Shown piece by piece: positions 39,561 through 52,910 of a stretch of 64,000 bases of DNA. The notes below the pieces were generated by a model. That model had not been told where the DNA came from. It searched no databases and was given only the letters and a program-made list of their open reading frames with translations. Numbering within the stretch: the first letter of the stretch is position 1; each line of letters starts with the position of its first letter. Made by a program: the position numbers and the translations under genes. The DNA comes from Octopus sinensis. Taxonomy: Eukaryota. The stretch lies in the NCBI RefSeq assembly GCF_006345805.1, contig NC_043014.1, forward strand, positions 31,434,001 to 31,498,000, read 5' to 3'.

Positions 39561-40139
39561 AATTTATTTAATATTATATATAACGATCCTTCGGTATTGG
39601 TATAGAGCGGTGTCGGTATGAGGAGACGACGTCATTCACTCTTTCTACAACCTAGCCTCTTTATGTCATACAGAGAGAGAGAGAGGGGTGATTAGGACTA
39701 GTGTCAAGCTATTAGCAGTGAAATGCAAAAAGACAGTGGTATAGATGATCAAGGATAATTTCAAGAAAACAAAGACAAACAGTGGAGATGCGGGGAGTCC
39801 CAACGACAGCGGCATTCGCTCTGTTCCTTATCCTATCGATTTACGGCTGGAAACCCCAGAAAAGAAAAAACCAGAAGAAGAAAAAAAGCTAACATGTACG
39901 CACGCCGGCCCGTGTGTGTGTGTGTTCTTTGTAAGTATTTATCTGTTCGTGGTCGCATGAGAGCATGTGCTTTTGCGAGTAGACAGATGTGTGTATATTT
40001 AGGCGTGTGTGTGTGTGTGCTAACAGTATGGATGAGGGTTGTGGTCTTGTGATCCAGTGTATGTGTGTGTGTGTGTGAGAGAGAGAGAGAGGGGGGGGGA
40101 GAAATAGAGAGAGAGACAGAGACTGTGCACGTGTGTGGT

Positions 40140-40620
40140 TGCGCACTCAAGGATCTGCGTGTATATGCGTATGGTGTTGTGTGTAACGTGCTTGCGAAAC
40201 CGCGGCTAGCCGCATGCAAATTGCGCGCGAGTGCCAACAACGTCGACGCACAACCACAACAAGCGAAAAAGCGGACGACGAAGACAAGGAAGAAAGAATA
40301 ATCATAATATAAAAAGAAAAAAAACAACAACTAAATAAAGCATTACCGGGGGGGGGGTTAAAAGAAAAACGACACAACGCTAAACAACTACAAAAAAAAG
40401 CAAAGGAAAGAAAGTCACCAAGAGTGGCCAAGCTCACCGCACCACACTTCCATACGTAACTTGGGGATAACTCGCATGTATTCATTGGTAGTGATGAAAA
40501 TAGACGGGAACTGAGATAAGGAAAGTTAATTCATTCACCGCAAGCACACACCAACAGTAACGTTGGGCTACTTACTCTCTTTCTCTCTTTCACACGCACA
40601 CAGAATCATTGGTTAATGAA
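40140..40620. promoter_or_regulatory. CpG-dense regulatory-like patch
   Basis: Dense CG/CGCG dinucleotides in unique sequence; octamer ATGCAAAT at 40214-40221. Confidence 0.3.
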
Positions 40621-40989
40621 AGCAAATGAATTTATTCTACGCCACCACTGTACTTTCACTTTAAGGCTATACCATGTACGTGTAAAGAGAATTGTTATAT
40701 AATTTGCAAACACACTGGCCTTCAGTTTTCAGCCTGCACTGGATTTCGACAGTGTATTTCTGAGTACACACACTCACATATATACCACATGTACATTCAT
40801 AGCATAGTTTTGGCAACAGATTTCAGTTGAAATCTCGCGTTCAAACAGATATTGTAGAGAGTTTGAAAGTCTTGTATGTTAATTGGCAAACTATCAAACA
40901 TGCCCCAACCAAAATCATCTATCAATATATGTGTACACATATGTATGTGTGTGTGTATGTATGTATATGTACACACACACACATTACAT

Positions 40990-41312
40990 ATAGGCTAGTA
41001 TTACTAAGAAGTTCGTTTTGCAACCACGTAGTTCCGGGTTCAATTGCAATGCGCAGAACCTTCAACTACGCCCCCGGATGAACCTCTCTTGTAAGTGAAT
41101 TTGTTGAACTTTAACTGCGTGGAAACCCTCGTGTATGTTTATCTCTCACTAGTTGACAATCGATGCTGGATTATTTCTGTCCCCGTAAATTAGCGGTCCA
41201 GAAATTGATCGATAGAACAAGTACCAGTCTTGAAATAAGTACTCGGGTCCATTTAATCGACTAAAAACCCTGGTGGTCCAGTGTGGTTGAAGTCCTGTGA
41301 CTGAATCAAATA
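40990..41312 (+). mobile_element. SINE family B (diverged)
   Basis: CAACCACGTAGTTCCGGGTTCAATTGC head and GTCCCCGTAAATTAGCGG...GATAGAACAAGTACC body. A similar diverged copy lies at 42020-42410. Confidence 0.7.
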
Positions 41313-41335
41313 ATGTGTGTGTGTGTATGTATATA

Positions 41336-41580
41336 GTGGAGGCTCGTGGCTTAGAGGCTAGGGTGTTGAACTCATGATCGTAAGGTTGTGGTTTCGATTC
41401 CTGGACCGGGCGATGCGTTGTGTTCTTGAGCAAACCACTTCATTTTCACGTTGCTCCAGTCCACTCAGCTGGCAAAAATGAGTAATCCTGCGACGGACCG
41501 GCGTCCCGTCCAGGTGGGGAATTTCTACGCCACTGAAACCGGCCCTTATGAGCCTGGCATGGCTCGAGAAGGAACATTTA
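41336..41580 (+). mobile_element. tRNA-derived SINE family D
   Basis: GTGGAGGCTCGTGGCTTAGAGGCTAGGG, GGTTTCGATTCC and GTGTTCTTGAGCAAACCACTT motifs. Confidence 0.8.
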
Positions 41581-43469
41581 TTTATGTATGTATATATACA
41601 CACATACGTACACACGCACACCTTTCTCATTGGTAAGTGCGTTTTCTCCATATGCATAAAAGTAAATCTTTTCCCAAATAAGTTGCATTGCGTATTCGAA
41701 GCTCCGATGACGCTGTAAGGTGTTACTCAGGCACTCAACTATGAGTCCACCACATGTTATAGTGGAAACAACAGTAAGCTAATGAAGTCCATAGGATAAT
41801 CGCTTATTTACCATCTCATTCACAGACAGACAGACAAATATCTTAACCCTTTAAGTCTTGATCTCCTGAATCTTATTTTACCATATACCTGGCACTCCAC
41901 CGGTGATACGGTATAGAGAAAAATAACCCACCCACCAGTAAACCGGTGTTACAGGCTCAAAGTAACACGAAAATCACCTAGGTAACCATACAATGCTGCA
42001 GGGTTAAGTTCGCTTGATCATCATGTGGTTTCGGGTTCACTCAGGGTTACAATACAAAACACTAGACTAAATGCGTTCAACTATACTTTTGGATCGACCA
42101 ATGCCTTGCGAATGAAGCAAACTGATGGACGACGGATAGTGTGGGAAGCCCGTCGCACACGTGCGTGTATACGCGTAACACGCAAGCTTAAGCTTTTGTA
42201 TGCGTCTACTTTTCCGCCTTCATGCTTCAACCGCTGTGCTTTACGTCCCCGTAACCTAGCGGTTCGATAAATATATAGTCTCTCGCTAAAATAAGCAAGA
42301 ACCAAAACCAAGTCTTAAGAGAAGGAGAACTGGGTCGATATGATCGGTTAGAACTTTTCGTGAAGGCGGTACTCCACCATGGCCACAGTCTTAATGGCTG
42401 AAATAAGTACACACACACACACATTATATATTACTCTAAATAATCTGAACCAATAATCTTAAAACATATCAATCGGGACCTACTACTACAACAACCACTA
42501 CTACTACTGCTACTACTACTATTACTAAACGCCTTCTTCCTCCCATTATTAATATATCCAATGTAGATGGCCATGTTTCTCTTGTTCTTCCTGTTCTCGT
42601 TTTAATCTTTTATATTCTTAATTTTCCGTCCATTTGCTAATGGAATATGTTCCGAAAGTCGGTTTACGATTTATTAAATGAAATAAGCTGGGTGGTCCAA
42701 CCGAAAAATAAAACGAATAAATAAATAAAAAAATCAGTGTTTTATAAATATACATCTTAACCTGCTCCGGCACCAATATTTCTTTCTCTCTCTCTTTCCC
42801 CCTCTCCGAATACTTTCTCACCCTTTGCACAACACAACTACAGCCGCCTTTCTCCAAGTCCGTCCGCCTGACTGCATGGCCAACCCACACATCAGCCACT
42901 CTCTCTCTCTCTCTGTCCGTCCGTCTATGTCTGCCCATTAACCTAAAGATATCATTTTTGCTCATCGTTTTATTTTATTTTATTTTCAAACAGAACACTC
43001 TTCAAACATCCTTTAGCCTCTGTCCCCATACCTCATCCATTAAGTGCAGAACTATCATCCAATATAAGATGGATTACTGTTCATTAGTTAGACAGTTGAA
43101 CCAAACACCACACACACACACACACTTCTTTCTAGCTGACTGGAATCATTCTCAACGATTATTTCTGAGATACAGAGGAAAGAGAGAAACCATTTTTCAA
43201 GGGATTATGATTTCTAGAAGTCATATATTTTCGTGGGGTTTAAGGAGATCTAAATTAGTCATCTTTCTCCTCAAATAAAACCAACTTTTGACATTTTAAA
43301 GCCTTCTTCTAATTCTGTTCTTCCTTCCTCATCCTTTTCAATCTTTCATCTTGATTTAATAAGAAAAAACAATTATTTCCTTTTTATTCTAAAAATTTAT
43401 TCACATCTACACATTACAACAAACTCATCCAGAAGGCGTTTTGTGACCGAAAACATCAATGTCTACTAG

Positions 43470-43667
43470 TTAAAGTGACACTACAAAGAGGTGGAATTCT
43501 GGCTTAAGCACCCCACATAACCCCTCATAACATTCTTCTTTTATGGAATTTTCAGAAAAAGTTTGTGAATTTGTGTTCTTCACATGGAAATTCATACTAT
43601 TATGAAAAACAAATTTAAAAACATTAAAATCCCCTCCACAAATCCGAAAATTTCCACTCTTTTTCAA
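43470..43667 (-). mobile_element. possible LINE apurinic-endonuclease relic
   Basis: Single motif ICGGDFNV at about 43621-43643; the rest is not convincingly alignable. Confidence 0.25.
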
Positions 43668-44072
43668 ATTTCTTCTTTAAAAATCAGAATATGGACAGTC
43701 TGAATAGTTTGTTTAAATCTCAGTAATGGAGCATCTTTGAGTGCATCAGCATTCCATTAAATGTGTTTATGGAGAGAAAAATATTGAAAAACATCAATAC
43801 ATGTCAGAGTGACAATAAAACAAGGAAGGTATCAGGTGGTCGTGAGATGTGTCAAAAACCATTACTAAATCATCCTTAAACAGCATAGAAAAAAGTTTTC
43901 TTTTTCTTTTTCATATTTGTAAGAATTCCTGAGTGTAGAACAAAAATTTGCAAAAAATTTTCTAAAAATTCCCAAAAATAAAAAATTTAAGAGAAGTTAT
44001 ATAGGGAACAAAAACCAGAATTCTGCCTACAAGCCAAGTTAGGTTACCAATGTCAACAATAATATATATATA

Positions 44073-44371
44073 TGTGGCCCAGTGGTTAGGGTAGCGGACT
44101 CGCAGTCGTAGGATCGCAGTTTCGATTCCCAGACCGGGCGTTGTGAGTGTTTATTGAGCGAAAACACCTAAAGTTCCACGAGGCTCCGGCAGAGGGTGGT
44201 GGCGACCCCTGCTGTACTCTTTCGCCACAACTTTCTCTCACTCTTTCTTCTGTTGGCCTGCCCGCTTAGTCAGCGGGGTGGCGTCATTTGAAGGCTAAAA
44301 CAATGCGAAGCGCATTGTGACCAGCGATATCTAGCAACATCTGATAGCCTGGTCGGTCACAGTGACGGTGA
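44073..44371 (+). mobile_element. tRNA-derived SINE family C
   Basis: Homologous to 8921-9226 with more CpGs retained; (TA)n flanks. Confidence 0.88.
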
Positions 44372-45029
44372 AATATATATATATATATATATATAAAGGA
44401 AGTGGGGTTGAAGAAAGAATTGAGAAATAAAGTCCCTGGTGGATTTTATAAGCAACAAAAAGTATTGAAGTGACAAATCCCCACACACAACAACCAATTT
44501 CATGATCTTAGACTGAAACAATTAGCCAAGTGTCATCAGTTTCATCCTCTATTAATTTGATATCAGCATTAAACATACAAAATCAATTTTCTTTGCAAGA
44601 GTTGATCGAGGTTGGATGTGTCTTGAAGATTAGCTCCCCACCCCGTCTCTTTTGTCTCTTTAGATTATTATCGACATCTTTGCCTTAATTTCTTTGGAAA
44701 CCTTCCAAATTATACCCAACAGTCCAATAATTATTACATTTGTTCGTTTAAACGAAATGTTATAAGCAGGGATGGCAATTTTCAATTCGATACGTTTAAA
44801 TATTTCAGTGTGAAATTTGAAAATTAAAAGCAGAAATAGAAACAACTATTTAGATTTAAGACCTTTCACATTTTTTCACCTCAATTTCCGATTTAATTTT
44901 TAAAATTTTCTTTTTCTTTTGCATTCTAAGTTGAAATCAATTTCTATAGCAATTGAAGTTTCTTTATGTAATTATCATTATTATTATTAATGTTTTAGCA
45001 ATTCAAAATTGGCCTCTTTCATATATATA

Positions 45030-45060
<31 letters not shown>

Positions 45061-47349
45061 CATACATACACACACACATACATATTTTATACCTCACATT
45101 TGTGTAAAATAGCATCCTTGGTTATAGGTTTCCAACAAACTAATCACTGGCTCACTTAATTGAGTTCAAATTTTAATTTGTTCTTAAAGTTTATTTTATT
45201 TTTCCCTTCACATTTCAATTTAAATAAAAGAAACATCAATCTTAGCAGTTGGATAGTTCATTTCCCTGGAGTCAATAACATAACAGTAATAATAAATGTA
45301 TATTTATTATCAGTAGTGGACGAAGATCGGTTAAAGGAAACTCAATGATGGAATTTATAACAATAAAAGTGATGTATACGAATGAGCAAAACTTCCACCT
45401 TATTTGGGGCCAAACATGCACACAACACACAATTCCAGGCAAATTATCATTCCAGCATTTCTAAAGTACAGACAGCCAGAAAGATGTATGGCATTCCTTT
45501 ACACCGAACCTCCACTCCACCGCCAACACACTACACCTGTTTATGCACATGAATTGTACACTCAATATTACTCATTTGGTTATATAAAGATGATGATGAT
45601 GATGATGATGATGATGTTGATGAAAGATGCAGCTGTCATATATGATGATACATGTTATTAATTCCAGCTACTGAAGCGTCCAGTCTCCGAGTTATGAATG
45701 AATATTAAACCTGAATTTGTCCTGTCTAGTCTGCATACAGTGAAAAATGCCATGTATATTTATAGTTTTTGTATTTCTTTCAACAGATTCCATCAGCACT
45801 ATTGATATCACCAGCTGACTGACAGAGAGTAATGTTGAAACCCCTAACCACTACCACCACCATCCTCCACTTTCTTTTTTTTATCATGATTCTCATCAAT
45901 AACAACAACAAATGGCTGAGTACAGGTGGTGATGATCACTTAGCCTTGTTTCCTCAAGAGACATTTAGCACCTTTGATTTTCCTTATGATCATAAAAACA
46001 AAACAGAACAAAATTTTTAAATAAAAGAAACCATTTGCTCTAAAAACAGAATTGTACAGAATTTAAACTAATATAACAAGATCACAAACAATATAGTTTT
46101 TTTTTTTAATATTTAATAATAAAAAGTTATGCATATTAGAGTATGACCCACACATTTAAAGTAGTGCTTCTCAAACATTCTGGATTCTGTTCCTTCACCC
46201 AATACTGTCAGGTTTCTTCCTCTTCTGACTCTACTACTACTACTACTACTGCTGCTGCAATGGGCTCTTCTTTCTCTGGACTCATTGACTTACACACATT
46301 CACCAATCTTCTTGTCTTCCAACTCAAATACATTGGAAAGGGAGTCACTCCTGGAGTAGGTATGAAAAGGCGCATTTTTTTCCTTCCTTGCCCCACTTTT
46401 CTATATGCCTTTTAGTTAAAGTGTGGCACTTGGAATCTCTTATTTCACTATTTCAACTGTTTCACCACAGTGAAGCTGGTTGATCTTTGCAGTACTGCGG
46501 AGAAGTCTTAGACACAAGAAGACAGTGTAACCACACAACAAAATCTCTAAATTTGTGATCTAAATGAAATGGAGACTGAACAGATAAGATGCTGAACTAC
46601 TAACCAAAACCATCCCAAAATGAGAAGCATTATCATCTGTCATCTTGTAGATGAGGCACTTTATTATCGTTTCATGCCAGACTAACTAAAAGTATATATT
46701 TTTAAATGTATCAGAGAATCCTACCAAGAATTTGTAAAAACCATACAACACAACATATATTATTAGACCATTTCGAAATAATCCACAATCAATAAAACAC
46801 TAAACAAAAGCAAAAACAATTTTTAACTATCATCATCATCATCATCATTTAACATCCACTTTCTATGCTGGCATGGGTTGGATGGTTTGACCGAAGCCTG
46901 TCAAGCCAGTGGGCTGCACCACGCTCTAATCTGATCTGGCAAGGTTTCTACAGCTGGATGTCCTTCCTAATGCCAACCACTACAAGAGTGTAGTGGGTGC
47001 TTTTTACGTGCCGCCAGCACACTACTAAAAATAATTCAAGGTGATTTTTCGTTAGGTATGTCATTCAGAAAGTCCTGTGGGCTGCAGTTTGCCCATGGCT
47101 AGTATATTTGCAAGAATTGTTGTCTTACAATTAATTGGATGTCCTTCTTACTGTTAACCATTCAAGCATGAAGTAGTGCTAGAGCTGAAGTAAAACTGAG
47201 TTACATGTTTTTTTTCAGGGCATCCCACAAGATTTGAATTAATTACCACGTTGTTAGTTGAGAACCTTAACCTCAAAGCCAATGTTCCATCACATGAGTT
47301 TCCTTCCCAGCCCATATGTCTGAACATTCATGCATATAAGAGATATCAA

Positions 47350-47720
47350 TACTGTTTAGAACAATTGACCACTGAAGTGAATTGTTGTATAGTGGAACTG
47401 TACACTTCTCCCAGTAAAAAGTGGTAGTAGCCAGTCAATATAAATAGACCAGTAGCCAGTTGACAAGAGAAGATCAGAAGTTTGAGAGTACATGTAAACT
47501 GTGTGGACAGTTGTGTCTGTGCTGATATAGTAATTATACTGTGATACTGAGGGGACATCATAATGATCCAAATTGTTGAGTATAATAACAGTGTACAACT
47601 AGGGGCCATACAGTACCAGATAGAACATTTCTATCGACGATGTTGGAAATATAACAATATCTGTCAGAGTGACAATCGTTGTCAAAAAGACAGATACAAC
47701 GGTGGCAAAAGACCGCTTTA
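47350..47720 (-). mobile_element. heavily degraded CR1/L2-type reverse transcriptase fragment
   Basis: Across frameshifts: VLSG..TVWPL (approximates VPQGxVLGPL), ISTDTTVH (approximates FADDTKLY), DWLLPLF and EKCTV (approximate WxLxFNxxKCxV), in the expected order. Confidence 0.55.
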
Positions 47721-48094
47721 TAACATGAATATTAATTAATATATAACTAGTTCACTAATTAATTAGTTTACTAACTTGTTCTAATTTCAAATACAGGTAC
47801 AACACCAACTTTCTCAACACCGAAGGTCCAGGACCTCTAATAATCAGCACCAATTTATAAGTAACAACTTCAAATTCTCACATCTGCCAGACTAGTTTAC
47901 TAGTACCTTGCACGGTACAGCATTAATAAACTTGTATCATTTATACTAATGTGCAACTATCTGTATTTCAATCAATAATTCAAGTAAATCTAGTAGTTCC
48001 TTTATTTTGAGTATGCTGACCAAGATGACTGCCCTGGTTTGGAAAAAAAAAATCAGCATTCCAGGAAGGGTTTGGAATCAAAAGTTCCAGAAAA

Positions 48095-48308
48095 TTAATC
48101 CTTTAGCATTCGGGTTCTCTATCAAATGTAATGCTTATTTATTCATGTTGTTTTGAATTAACAATGCATTATCTTGCAGCTTTGAGATTTTGATGATGTG
48201 ACTGTTTATTTTTAGAATGACAATGTAGGGTAAGTATAAAATGTTGGATTTAGTCAATTTTAACATAAAATAAGCCAGATGTGTCTGGTTTAAATACTAA
48301 AGGGTTAA
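48095..48308 (-). mobile_element. piggyBac-type MITE family F
   Basis: TTAATCCTTTAGCATTC...AAATACTAAAGGGTTAA; reverse orientation of family F. Confidence 0.75.
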
Positions 48309-48768
48309 TGTTGTACTTGTACTGAATTTAAATGGCACCAGTAAAATAAGTATCAACAATGCAAGGACAACCATCCACGTGAAGAATGTTTCACACACTG
48401 CTTCTGTACTGTAATGTTCTTATAATTAAGATATTCAACTCTCAACAATCCAGTTCATAATGGTGTCACACAATGAACCAGCACACACTTCTAAGCAGTG
48501 ACAATACTGCAAGCTTGTTTCAATAGGCTTGCAATGTTGGATCAAATTCTTTCAAAGAGAAATTTACCCAATACACAGGCAAGAATTTATCTTTCATCTA
48601 CTTAGCATCACAGAAACTCAGCTAACCTCAGTTGCACAAATTATGAAACAACTAACTTCAACATGAGGAGGTTAATTAAACAATTCAATAAAACATGTTC
48701 TTCACATCTCTCTTCAAACAAACAATACACACACTCATACAATCATATATACACACAAATACATGCAA

Positions 48769-48802
<34 letters not shown>

Positions 48803-49407
48803 AGCGATATATATAAATACACACATACAATCAAACACACATGCAATCAAATACACACATAGACACATGCAATCAAATACACATGCAAATAGACATATAC
48901 ATCAACACACACATACATGCAATCCCCCTCCACACACACAAACATACAATCACACACATACATGCAGTCACACACACACACACATACACACACAGTTGAC
49001 CTTGTGACCAGTCAAAAGAAGAAGTCCATATGGTTTTCATATGAAAGAGAAATAAGTAGAATCTGAATAAAATCTGTTTCTTGTTCAAATGTAAATCCAT
49101 CTTTTTTCTTATACTAACAAAATGAAAATTGATAAATTAAATTACTATAGGAAAATCTGAAATACTCTGTCTGTCGATTAACAATTATGTAAAAAGAACA
49201 TAAAAATAATGATAAACACATGATAAAGCAACTATTGATAATCATGAAGACATCTGCCAAAAACATTGAAAGACTCATTTGAAATGTTACATAAAGTCTT
49301 TACCACGTCAGATCAATAGTTTCCAATAAACATTTAATCAATCTAAAAAGATTAGAAATCCATTCAAGTTCTACACATGCCATGATTTCTGGATCTTGTC
49401 TAACATG

Positions 49408-49438
<31 letters not shown>

Positions 49439-49799
49439 AAGAGCAGCCTGTTAATACAAATTATTATTATTGTAATAGAGTTTGATATCAGTGGGTGTGA
49501 TTAAAACGCACAAAGATTTAATGCCTCCCCTTCAGCAAAATGAAAACTAAACGCAGATGTTCTCAAAAGTCCCAATAGAATGCTTTATTAGAGGCGGCAG
49601 TTTAATCCGGTTTTGTTGCTTCAAGTGGACATTACGTTGCTGTTGTCATCATCGTCATCATTTAACATCCATGTTCCATGCTAGCATGAGTTGGAAGTTT
49701 TACAAGGATTAAATGAGTCAAGGACTGCGCTGTATTTGAGTGTATGCTTCAGTGTGGTTTCTACAGCTGGATGCCCTTCCAAATTCTAAAAACATTACA

Positions 49800-50062
49800 G
49801 CCGGCAGGGGATGGTGGTGATTCCTGCTGTACTCTTTCACCACAACTTTCTCTCACTCTTACTTCCTGTTTCTGTTGTACCTGTATTTCAAAGGGCCGGC
49901 CTTGTCACTCTCTGTGTCACGCTGAATATCCCCGAGAACTACGTTAAGGGTACACGTGTCTGTGGAGTGCTCAGCCGCTTACACATTAATTTCACGAGCA
50001 GGCTGTTCCGTTGATTCGGATCAACCGGAACCCTCATCGTCGTAACCGACGGAGTGCTTCCA
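49800..50062 (+). mobile_element. family-C-related SINE with an alternative 3' half
   Basis: Shares GGCAGGGGATGGTGG...CCACAACTTTCTCTCACTCTT with family C, then diverges. Confidence 0.6.
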
Positions 50063-50199
50063 TCCAATTCCATCCACAGTGTATACTGGGTGCATTTGTT
50101 TTGCACTATTAAGGTCACCATGTAGCTCACAAGTCAACAAATCCAGGGATTGAGGATGCTGTCTCCATATGCTAGATGGGGGTTAATATACGAGGGAAG

Positions 50200-50700
50200 A
50201 AGTTGGAGTAGAGCAGGTTCTTGTTGTAACAAGCTACATGGTTACTTACATTCAGGAGAGAGAGAGAGCAAGAATGAATTAGAAATATCTCCAAGAGGAT
50301 GGAAAGTGGTGATGAGGTGTCCAGGTAGCAACTCAAGGAGCAGGAGGGAGGAATGGGGGTTTGCAAGAGTATGTGGGGAGGAAGAGATAACAGAAGTGGA
50401 AGAGAATGGTAGGCAACATCCATATGGACTGAGGGGAGGCAGTGTACGAGTTGAGGAGGCTACAAGGATACTAGCAGTATGGTAACATTACTGTTGACAG
50501 GGGAAGAAGGGAGAAAGTTATGACGCATGTTTGGGTAGGCTGCAGGAGCAGAGCAGAGAGATAAGACAGGTGTGATGCATGAGAAGAGATAATTTGGTGG
50601 TCCAAGAAAGGGGAAGGCCAGAGTAACATGTGGTTGTGGAGAAAAATATTAATGGATAAAGAATGGCTAACAAGTGAGATGATTCTACATAGCAAGAGAG
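50200..50700 (-). mobile_element. possible ancient Penelope-like RT relic
   Basis: Frameshifted YSCKP and YLDTSSP resemble the Penelope YxKPTDSHSYLDYTSSHP region; weak. Confidence 0.35.
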
Positions 50701-51171
50701 AAAAATGAAATTAGGATAGAGGCAGGGGAGCTGCATTGAATGATATGGTGTGTGTGTGGGGGAGGCAAAATGAGGGGAGAATTTGATTGATGTGGGTGCT
50801 CATACACACACACACAACATATATCATCATCATCAATTAACGGCCATTTTCCATGTTAGCATGGTTTTGACAGTTTGACAGAAGCCGACCAGTTGAAGGA
50901 CTGTTTTGACATGGTTTCTATCGCTGGATGCCCTTCCTATACATACACACACTCTACTCACATACACATGTATACACAAAAATCTATAACACACACACAC
51001 ATATATGTATACACACATGCTCATATGCATATATATATATATGCAATATATCCCCATGCAGTAATTCTAGAAGTCAAGTTTCATCTTGGTGGGTGGGCTT
51101 TCATAAAAACCTTATATTACCAGATATCCTGGTCCTTTGTCATTTTCTCTGTGAGGGTCAAGGTCCTATAT

Positions 51172-51235
<64 letters not shown>

Positions 51236-51236
51236 C

Positions 51237-51579
51237 GGAGATGTTCTTGCATAGCAAGTGACCTCATCTGAGATAGTGTGCTGGAACGAAAACAATTGCA
51301 GCATGGAAGGTGTTTATAAGCCATTTAAGAAACACACAAAAACTGTTAGATTCACTTCAACATTTAGATTTAATTTGCCAAAATATTTCCGTTGATTTGA
51401 GACCGTGACCTGTTCACTGTTCACTGACAAAATTCCGTGCTACATCAGAATTCTTTTAGTGAACAGGTTGATGGTCTCAAAGTGACGAAAATATTTTGGC
51501 AAATTAAATTTAAATGTTGAAGTGAATCTAACAGTTATTGTATGTTTCTTAAATGGCTGATAAACACCTTCCACGCTGC
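51237..51579. mobile_element. (TA)n-embedded short element with an inverted partial copy (about 120-bp arms, 51298-51418 and 51458-51579)
   Basis: The arms are reverse complements with roughly a dozen differences. An older 5' fragment of the same element lies at about 2110-2195 (ATCTGAGAT-GTGTG-TG-AAC-AAAACAATT-CAG). Confidence 0.9.
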
Positions 51580-52850
51580 ATATATATATATATAATGTTT
51601 GTATATTGCATCTATCATACATGTATGGTTAAGAAGTTTGCAACTAAAGTCCAGACAGATCACGGCTTTGGGAGTGGAATTGATAGATGGAAACTGAAAG
51701 ATGACTACCATACATACACGCTTATGTGTACATGAGTGTGTGTGTGTATGTGTGTGTTTATATCGCCTAATCTTGGTATTGCACAATAATTGTGAATGAG
51801 TGTCACTGTCATTCAAACTCTCCTTCATGTTCCAATCTTCCTCAAAGAATGTCTAGCCACAGGGAAAATTATCTTGCTTCAAAACAGGTGCAGGTTGGTG
51901 ACAGGAGGGGCATATGGTTGTATAAATCTTCATCAGTGAATTCCCTCTGACCCATGCAAAAGTGAATATTACAGTGATTATGAGACATACATGCATACAC
52001 ACATATATACACATACATACCTTATCTATCTATACATACACGCATATGTATATATATACCTGTACATAAAAATATATGCAAACACACACATACATACATC
52101 AATTTCTAACTCCCAGGACTTATATTAAACACAATGTCCAGTTCTTTTTGCCAGACTGTTGGTTTCAGTACATGTTTTCTGCAGTCACACACACACACAC
52201 ACACACACAAACAGTTTAAGCACATCATTAGCAGTATCAGTCTCACTGACCTCTGAAAAGTGAAAAGTATATCAGTTATGAAGTTATGGGACAAAAACAA
52301 GTACTGCACATAAATTCAGCAGAGACCTGGTCACATGCCCTGTGCAACAAATAATAACAATAGCCACCACCAGAACCATGCTGGCATGGGTTGGACAGGG
52401 TTTATTGAAGAAAATTTTCTATGGCCGGATGCCCTTCCTGTTGCCAACCCTCACCTGCTCCCAAGCAAGGTAGTATTTCCTCATCGACAGACATGTTCTC
52501 GCAGAATATTGGAAATGAATAACACTGCTTGTACGACAGTGACACTCATTTACAACTATCACATGATGTTGTGACTAGGGAACACAAACACACACACATC
52601 AAGCTTTTTTCAGTTTCCATCTTCCCAAATCCACTCATAAAGCTTTGATCAGCCTGAGGCTATAGTAGAAGCTATACTATTCAAGGATGAATTGAATCAA
52701 GGTGTTTCAATGATAAGGACACCAGATTAGGGTTGAGAATTGCACATCCATCTATCAACAACATATATGTCGGAGATGAGGGTGTCAAAAAATATATTCA
52801 TTATGAGCCTAATCTTAAATATTAAATTTTGGATTTAAATTTTTACTCAC

Positions 52851-52910
52851 CTGAAGAAAATGTTTTTTGTTTTTTTCATAATGTAAATGATTTGTTCAAT
52901 AAAAATGCAT
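52851..52910 (-). other. candidate 60-nt exon
   Basis: Minus strand GCTGTTTTAG acceptor and consensus CAG|GTGAGT donor; open in phase 2/2 (CIFIEQIIYIMKKTKNIFFR). Confidence 0.3.

Noticed and set aside
39666-39815. 49-aa hydrophobic small ORF on the minus strand (MPLSLGLPASPLFVFVFLK...)
   Set aside because: Hydrophobicity is expected from a T/C-rich strand; no independent coding evidence.
40214-40620. snRNA gene downstream of the octamer
   Set aside because: No U1/U2/U4/U5/U6 sequence or convincing PSE found.
47356-47598. ORF ending FSGQLF, reminiscent of a C1q domain
   Set aside because: Better explained as a frameshifted CR1/L2 reverse transcriptase relic.
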